A DNA stretch of 40,999 bases from a virus. Positions 1 to 9,000 of this stretch are shown here, piece after piece (the stretch's first letter is position 1; the number at the start of each line of letters is the position of its first letter). The notes beneath the pieces are model-generated. The model made no database searches and was not told the origin of the DNA. It saw only the letters and a program-made list of their open reading frames with translations. The stretch lies in the IMG/VR virus record IMGVR_UViG_3300045988_161129; one strand, 5' to 3'. The position numbers and the translations under genes were made by a program.

Positions 1-55
1 TTCTTTGGCTCTCTTTTCCTGGTTTGCGTCCTCGTCGGCGGAGTCCCTCCATTTT
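1..55. repeat. Terminal overlap copy 1 (identical to 40945-40999)
   Basis: Direct comparison shows ttctttggctctcttttcctggtttgcgtcctcgtcggcggagtccctccatttt at both ends. Confidence 0.95.
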
Positions 56-3000
56 TCAAGAGTGTCATCGAGATTATCATACAGCCCGGTAAGACTCAGT
101 TTTGTTTTTATTTCCGCAACTGTTTTGGTGTCTTTGTTCCGATAGGCCTGTTTGTATTTATCCCGATATTCGTTTGAAAACTTGTTTCTGACATTCTGCT
201 TTGCCTCAAGGGTGACTTTGTTCTGTCCTTTGGAATTGACCGCATATTGGTCGGCGCCGTTTTCAAGAAGCTTTTGTTTTTCTTCTTCAATCATTGTACG
301 AACGGCCTCTTTGGCGGCGGAGGAGTCGGCTTTTGCATATGCGGCGTTGTATTTATCCATGTTCTTTTTCGAACTTGTGCCCGTCTTTTGATTTTCTCCG
401 CTTGAAAGCAGGCTTTCTCCTTCGGCGATTTTATCGCCCAAGCTTACCATGCCTTCGACAAGCTTTCCGATGTTTGCAACGGGAACGCCGGTAAGGGTGC
501 CGGTTATTTTTGCAAGGTTGAGCCCCGATTTTCCCAAATCCTCTAAGTCGCCCTCGCCATTTACATATTTCGAAAAAGAGTCTCCGAACTTTTCGAGGTA
601 AACGGTAAAGTCGTTGATCGTTTCCACGCCGCCTATGGTTATAAAATCGTCGGCATTGCGACTGGAAAAACTGCCGTCATAAATTTGGTAGGCCGCTTTT
701 GCGATTTTCAGCATTTCGCTTCCGAAAAGGAGGTTTGACACAAAGCTATCGAGGAAGTTATATCCCACGTTGCCCCAAAACGACTCGGGGGTTATATCGT
801 CGTCGGGATCTCTGTACGCATAAAGACTCTGAAGCAGAATGTCCACTATTGTTTTCATGGCGGTAAGCGTGGTGGTAGCGACAATCTGTGAGAAAACTGC
901 TCGGCCGAATTCGTTCCTTGCCGTCTTTACATCCTCTGCGGTGACATCGCCCGAAGGATTGTTTTTATAGCTTTCGGAATAACTTCTCATTCTCGAAAAT
1001 GCGTCGTACAAAATACTGACATTTTGGAGGCGCTGCGTGTAGAACATGGTCATCGAACGAATAAGGTCTTTGTCAGACCGAAGTACGGCGGGACGCTGCA
1101 TGGTGGTGTAGTTGGGCTGTGTTCGCTCTACTACTCGATTGAACACCTTTGCAACTTCGTTGTAATAGTCGTCCTTTGCCTTTTGGAATTGCTCGTCGGA
1201 TATGGAATTTGCCTTGTGTTCGGCCGTCGCTTTGTCAAATGCTGCTTTCAGCTGAGAGTTGTTGTCATCAACATAAAATTGCGACGCATACCAAAGCCGT
1301 CCCACCGTGGCTCCGTCGATTTGGGTAATCCAATTCATAAGCCATGCGGTGTTTTTGAGGACTTTGTTTTGAGTCTTTCCCAAGTCCTTAATGTTTCCGA
1401 TTTCGGGATTTGAATACCCCGCCATACGGTAGGCAAGAAGGGGAGAGTATTCGGCAATAAGAGCCTTGTCGGCTTTTTTGAGTCCCATACCAAGAGCTTT
1501 GGTAAGAGGTTTCCACCCGATTTCCGCCGCTGCCGTGGGATAGGAGGCCGCCTGTGAGAGTGCGACTCTTGCATTGACCGAAAGGGTGGCTTGAGCCATG
1601 TTGCCGCGAATTCTGTTAAAAAAAGCGCTGCCGGACTTTTGCCTTGAGCCGGTTATATCTCCGAGAAGGTCGGAAATATACTTTCGTCCCTGTGTTCCGA
1701 ATTTTTCTCTGAGAGCGTTCTGCACCGATGTAAGCCCGTTTTCGTCGGTCATATTCTTGCCGTAAACCTTTTGAAACTCTCTGACCGAAGGCATAAGCCC
1801 CGCATAATTTGCAATGTCGTCGATATGTCCGTTGATTACGTCGGTAAGACCTTCAAGCATTATCGGGCTTCCCGAAAAGACACGCTCTTTTGTAAAGCCC
1901 ATGTTTTCAAGATTTGCCGCCTTTTGAATTACACCGAAATCCTCATTGCGGAAAGCCGAATCGGTATGAATCGGGAAGTAGTTTTCAATTCTCGCCTTTT
2001 CAAATCCGTAAACCATAAGCGTAACGGCGTTCATTTGGTCACGGCTGAATCCGTCGAAAAATTCCTTTGCCTTTGCAATCCACGCCCTGTCATAGTCGGT
2101 CATTTGTTCCGCAATTTTGTTTTTGATTTCCGCCGCTTTCGAATACGCCTGTGCAACAAGCAAATCGCGTTTTTCGTAAAGCTCGTCAAGCTGTTCGGCC
2201 TTATCGGCGGCATTTGAGTCCTTAACGGTTTCTATCCGCTCTCTTATGCGGTGGATTTCATCGACAAATTTGCCCTGCATAATTTCGGCTCTGACAGCGC
2301 CTTTACCGAAGGCTTCATTCTTTCCTTTGTAATATCCCTTTAAATCGGGAACGGTGAGACCGCCGTAAATAAGGTGTCGGGTGTTATCCTCGTTTTCGAG
2401 CATCATGTAAACGGCGTTCATCATGTCTCGGGTTATCTTTACAGAGTTTCCGTCGGAATCCACAAGGCCTATGTCGACCAAATCTTTTTCGTTAATGGAA
2501 ATAAGGCTGTCGACATTCTTCTTGTTTTTGCCCTCCACAAGCTCGTTGAACATCCGTTTCCCCTCGATAAGGATTGACGTCTTCTTAAGCTGTCCGTCGT
2601 TGAGCAGCGTGTACATCTTTTGCCATGCGCTGTTCTTTGCAAAACCTCCGAACCGTTCAAATACAGCCTCCGGGCGGGATTGTGCAAAGGTGTATTTTTG
2701 AGACAGCCGACCCATGTCCTTTGCCTGTCTCGTTTCTTTTATAAGCTGCTTGCTGAATTCCTTTGCGTTATGTTCCTCGCCCGCAATTTTAACCTTGATT
2801 GCGTCCTTGCAGAGCTTGTCCACGGCTTTGAGCGTATCGTAAATATACTCAAGGTTTTCCTTTGAAACCGCCGTAAACTTTCCGCTCGATTTTTCCACAA
2901 GGTTTTGTATCATGTCGGCAACGGTCGAATCATAAGCGCTTTGGTACTTTTCGCTTTTCTGAATCGCCTCATATGCCGATTTGAGGACTGAAAACTTTTG

Positions 3001-6000
3001 CGAAAGAGCGGCGCTTTTTCCGCTGTCAAGGTTGATTGCATTAAGCACTCCCGCAACGCTGCTCATAAGCTCTCGGGGGATATACTCATTCTTTTTGGGA
3101 TAGAGCAGCCGCCTGTTCATGTCGGCGGTAAGCGCCTTTATTTTATGACGTAAAGCCGTTCGGCTGCTGCGTTCTCTGCGCTTTTGGTTCTGCTGTCTAA
3201 AGCTTTCCTTGAGCTCGGATATTTTAGTGTCCCTCTGTTCTCTGAGCTTTTTAAGTGCCTCTTGCTTGTCGGCCTTGAGCTCGGAAATTTTTTGTTCCCG
3301 GATATTGACCTGCTGTTGTGCTCTGTCGGCAAAGGTCGTGTCGGGGCTTATTTCGTAAAATCTCTCGAGAATGTCCGCGCCGAGCACCGCTGCCGATTGT
3401 TCGGCCGACAGCTCGTCATTGCCGAGATACGGGTTAAATCCGCTTTTCTCATCAAGGCTATCCCTCACCTCGATAAGATTTCGCCACATATCCTGAGTGC
3501 TTTGCGCGTCCTTGTCGAGCAAGGGAACGGCGGCGCAAAGGTCATCCCAAATCTCGTCGATGTGAACGGCGTTTTCGGTTCCCTGCGCCCGCATGTTAAG
3601 TTTTTTGCCATATTGTCTGTATGCCGCGCCGAAGGTGCCGAACATGGCCGTCATTTCGGCCACGTCGTCAAGGTTCGGAATAAGCCGATGACTTCTCAGC
3701 TCTTTTTTATAGCTTTCAAAGGTTTCGGGAGTGATGTCCACAAAGGACTGTGCAATGACCGATTTTGCGATGTTGTTTGCCGCCTGCACGGCGTATGCAT
3801 AGTCCCAAGAGTTCTTCTCGCTGTTTGCGATAAACCCGTAAAGCCCCGTCAGCTCGTCTTTAAGATCATAAAAATTTATTTCGCTGGAATATTCGCCTAT
3901 AATGTTTCGGGCGACACGGTTAATGTCGGTCTGCACAAGGCGGTTTGCGCCTTTCCCGCCCATTCTCTTTGACTTGACAAATTCGCCTTTCAGCCTCTCA
4001 ATCTCGGCCTTGTAGTCGGCATTGCTCCGCATGAGGGAGGAAAGCTCCGCGTCGTCGGTCAGCCTCATTCCCGCGTCGGATATAGAGGCCTTTGTCTCGT
4101 CGGAAAGTTCAAAGCTTTTATATTTGTTCGAATTAGACAAATATTCCTTGTCGTTTTGTGCATAATATTTGTTGACAGTTTCTCTGTATTGTGATAAACT
4201 GTTAGAGTAATCGGCAGTAAATGCATGGTCGGGGAATTGGACCCCGGGTCTGCTTTTACCAAGCCGATTATTTTTTTCGGACGCATAAAGAATGCGTCCT
4301 TCTTTTTTTGCATTAAGCACATAGTTTAAAACATTGCTCTTTCCGTAACCGCTCAACATAACATTGCTGTCAAGGGTCATGTTATAAAGCTTGCCCTTGC
4401 CGTCCGGCTCAATGGCCGCAACAACATTGACACCGTTTTTGTCGGTGAGGCTTGTGACCGCTATAATGCGAAGGTCGTTTTGCTTTGCAGAGGATTTGAT
4501 TAAGAAAAGGGGCTTTTCAAGGGCTTTGGGGAGACCGAGCAGAATGTCTTTGCCAAGGTCATGATAATTCCGCCCTTTAACATATCTGCCGTCGGCTTTT
4601 GCCTGCGCCTCGCTCACCGTCATTGTGTATACATGGGTGGGAGTTATGAGCATGGGGCGGTTTTGCAGATGGAGAATACTCTGAAGGGAATTCGGAGTGT
4701 TTCCCATGTAGATGTGATTATTCTTGTCGAATGTGTTGTTAAGCACACCGTCAACCTGTTCTTCAAAGCTTTCGCTTACACTATATCTGAATTCTCCGTA
4801 TTCCGATTCATATACCGGCACGGTGCCGCTTTCAAAGAATTCGTTTATGTCGGACAGTATTTTTGAGGTTGCGGTTCCTTTGGGATAGGTTACGCTTCCG
4901 GCGGAATATCCGTTCTTTTTGGAAAAATCAACGCTGAATTCGTCGTTGTCTTTCATTATTTCGGGGATAACATCGCGGAGTCTGCTTATCTGCTCGGCAT
5001 TCGGAGCGGCGGATATATCTATTCCGTAGGTCTGCATTCGGATGTTGCCCATATTCATGAAATAAATAAGGCTGTCGGAATATTCGGCGCTGTCTGGCAT
5101 ATCGAGAATTTCCGAAATTTCTCTGTGGTCTTTGACACGGTAGCCCTGTCCGTCGGAAAAGTCAAGCATTTCACCGTTCGTGAGAATGTATGAGGCCAAA
5201 TCCACTCTTTCGGTAGTGCCGAAGGTGTCAACCGCCTTTTGTGCGTATTCGGCCTTTTGCCTGTCGGTGAGGTCGTCTACCGTCCGCATAAATTCATCTC
5301 TTGACTGTTCTTTTGCGCTGTCAATTCGCGCACGGAGATCCTTTTGTTCTCCCGTGATTTCCGACATACGTTTTGAGGCGGCATAAAGACCGCTGCTGTG
5401 TGTAAATTTTCCGTATTCTTTGATTGCCTCGTCGAGATCATCGCCTGCTCCCGTTGAGATAATGTCAAGCAGCCTTTTGTATTCGTCGCTTGATTTTATA
5501 CTGTCAACCTTTTTTTCGAGTTCTCGGTATTCACTCTGCAATTCGTTGAGACGGTCGCTGTCGCTTGTGCTGTATCTCACATCGGGATTATCGGTGGGAT
5601 TTTTGTTGTCAATCAATTTTGCTTGCTCGGAATTGAACGCAACATAAACATTAGAAGTTCCGTCTTTGTGTTCCCATTCCGCTATCATTCCGTCGTAACC
5701 GGTAGAATCGGTGAGCACGTTGTAAAATTCTTTTACAAGCATCGGATCATAGCCCCGGCCGTCGGCCACGGCAATTTCATAAACGAGATCGGAGTCGTTG
5801 TCGTTTGTGGAAAATAATTGATCAACAAATTCTCTGACGGCATTTGCTCTTGACGTACTGTAAGTGTCGACATAGTTTGAAAGAAACGAGTCTTGCCATG
5901 TAAGACCTTCATCAGCATACTTTTCTATGTCGAAATCAATTAAAGCATTGGCCAATTTTTTTATTTCATTTTTATTTACCGTAATTTGATTGTTGTACAA

Positions 6001-9000
6001 AGGCTTTGTAATATTCAAATAAAACTCTTTTTGAATATTACCGTATTTTTCGGTTATCTCGGGATCGTTGCTGAAATAAAATCCATAACCTTCTTGAGCT
6101 CCGTTTTTGCCTGCTTTTGAAAAATCAAAGATATTAAATTCATTGTTGGTTCCGTGCTTAACGACAAGAAGGTTTCCATCTTTGTTTCTCACCTTACTGT
6201 TGGCAAAATATTTCTGCTGGTTTTCGGAAAGTTGATTTCCATTGCTGTCGGAAACCGAAAAAGACGAATTATTTTTTGGATTTTGCATAGAATGGGTATT
6301 GACATTACCGTCTTTTTGTGGTACGGTGAAGTCGGCGGAAGGTTTATTGCTTTCCGTGTTTGAACCGGAACTACGGTTGGCTAACGGCAATTTGAGCCTA
6401 TTCAGCTTCAACCAGTTATCGGTTCTTTTTTTATCTTGATAAATAATATCACTTGTGTTTATAAAACGCTGCAAAGCAACATCTTTCCCGTATGCACTTG
6501 CCACCTTGATAAGATTAAGAGACTTTCCGTTGTTTGAGGTTGGATTGAGCTCTAAAACAGCCAAAACGGGTGCTCCGTTTGCGTCATAGACTTCACCGAA
6601 AAGCGTTAATCTGCCGGAAACAGTTTTGGAATTCATTATTAAAATGGGCGTTTCAAGAATATTCGGGATTTGTTTTATCACTTCGTCGGTCATTGCGGGG
6701 TGATTTTCTTTTATTTTAAGGATTTTTGATGCATCCCAACGAATATTTGCGTCCCTGACTCCCACAGATTTAAGAACGGATGAGGTTCTACCGAGCAAAA
6801 AACTGAAACGGGAGCTCTTTTTGTCCCATTTATCGTATTCGCTTTCAAACTTGGGGTTTACAGAATACTTCGTCTCCACGTTCTCCGCACCGACACCGAA
6901 ACGGTAATTCTCCGCCGCCTCGTCAACGCCCGTCCAAAGCATATCGGCTATTTTGTTCATATAGTCAACATCGCTCATAACCGAGTTTCGGATATATGCG
7001 TTGTCGTGAACAAAATACTTGTCAAAGGCATTGTTTATCATGGCGACGAATTCCCTGATAAAATCTTTGATTTTCTCGGCAATGCTCTTGTGCTCGCCGG
7101 CGAATTTTTCCCATTGCTCCTTGTTGGTCAGCGCCTCAAAGCAATGCTCGGCAACAATCTCCTCCTCGATTTTGGCCTTAAAGTTCTCGTCATTTGCATA
7201 AGCTCTGCCGTAACGTCGCGCATAGTCGTTAAATACCGACTCATATTGTCCCGCCTCTTTAAGGTGATCTATAACAAAAGCCGTGAAATCTTCGGCATAT
7301 TCCGCCGCAAGGTTCTTTATCATGTGGAAAAGCTCGTGCCCTGCCGTGGAAGTCAGCATATTTTTACCGTCAAGAGCGATTACTATAACGTTTCCGCCCG
7401 CATATTGACCGTTTATAATTTGGCCTTCAAGCTTCAGCTTTTCCGCAAGACTTCCCACAACTCGGATAACAACGCCTTTTTGCTTTGCCCATTCGTCAAG
7501 CAAACGGAGCTGACCGCGCTGATTTTTGTTAACCTTTCTGTCGGCCGAATAATCTCGGACAACACCGCCCGTCTTTTCAGCCTTTGTATTAGCCTCTGTG
7601 CGGGCTTCAGAGCGATTTTTATATTCATCCGTCTGTCTATATTGGATTTGTCTTTTCGTCTCGGCTTTGGCAGCCTTTCTGCCCGCCTCGTAAATCCTGC
7701 GTGCGCTGTCGCCTTTAATATCTCTCGTCGAGCGTTTAATGTCGGCAAAGGACGTTCCTTTTTTGCCCGCTTCGTAATACTTAGTGAAAGCTCGGTCATA
7801 GCTCGAGGCGGCAAGGTAATTGTTGCCGTTAAGATATTCGGTTGCATAAAGCGTCCTTGCCTCTGCCGGTTTTGCCGTCGCACGATTTATAACCGCTGCG
7901 CTTTCGCTGCCGATGTTTGCGGCAAAAGGAGAGAGATTTTCTCCGTTTTTTGTTGTGACATATGCGGCCACACCGTCGCGGGTGTTCTTGAAAGAGACGT
8001 TTGTTACTTTGTCGTAGTTGCTTTCGGCCAAAATATCGTCGGTGCGGGTGTCGAGGGAGTCTTTAAGAATAGCGGTAATATCTTTGCCTGCTCCATTTGA
8101 AAGCTCCTTAAAAACCTCCTGTGCCTCCTCTACCGTGTTTGCAGATAAAAAGCGGTCGGCTATTTCGGTTTCTACTGCCGTCTGAAGGTCTATTGCCGAG
8201 TCGAGGTCGGTTTTTCCTTCCGCAAGGTCGGCGGCCTCCTGTAAAAAGCCGTTGTTTCTGCCTTGCTCTTTGGCATAGTTAAGGAGCTGTTCTCTCCCGG
8301 CGGTTGAATAAGCGAGAGTAAGCCTGTCAGCGCTTTCGGCAGCCGTTGTCTGAGCAGTTCGGTATTCGTTGTAAACCGCCATTGCGTCGGCATTGTGAGT
8401 AAGCGCGGTTCTTTCCTGTCCTTTTACCGAGTCAATGCCCTCATTAAAAGCCTTTGCAATGGTTTCCGAAAGACTGTTTGCGTTCTCAACGCCTTTTGCC
8501 TCAAGCTTTGTTTTGATTTCGTTTCGGTCGACGGTATACGCATTTTCGAATTGATTTGATACTTCATCGGAAAGGAGCTTTCCAAGCTTTCTTGCCGATA
8601 CCTTTTCGCCCTTTTCGATTGCCGCTTTTGCCTCTATGGCTTGTGTGTTTTCGGGGTTTGCCTTGATAATTTCATCGAGGGCGGTTATAACGCTGTCGGA
8701 GGTCTTGAGTCTGTTTCCGACTTGAATTTGTTTTATGCCTCTTTTTGCGCTTTCGTTTATTTCCACGGCCTTTGCCATGTTATAGTTGCCGCCCGTCATA
8801 ACAAGGCCGGAGAGTGCTCCGCCGAGTCCCGCCGAGAGGTCGTCTCCGAGAATTTCCGTAATTGTTTTTGCGGAGGCTTCGGAAGGGGAGAGACCTTCGT
8901 TTATATAGCCGTAGTATTCCTGCATAACCTCCGATTGGTCGGCATTTACAAGAACATCAACAGCACGGTTGAGAATGTTTGAGGAGATTTCTTCGCTTCC

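Noticed and set aside
3184-8100. Long plus-strand track ORFs inside the giant gene (3184-3972, 262 aa; 7006-8100, 364 aa), and similar ones at 10881-11813, 18167-19333 and 38889-39578.
   Set aside because: They are antisense shadows of well-supported minus-strand genes. Their composition is Leu/Phe/Cys/Arg-rich and junk-like, and they have no RBS.
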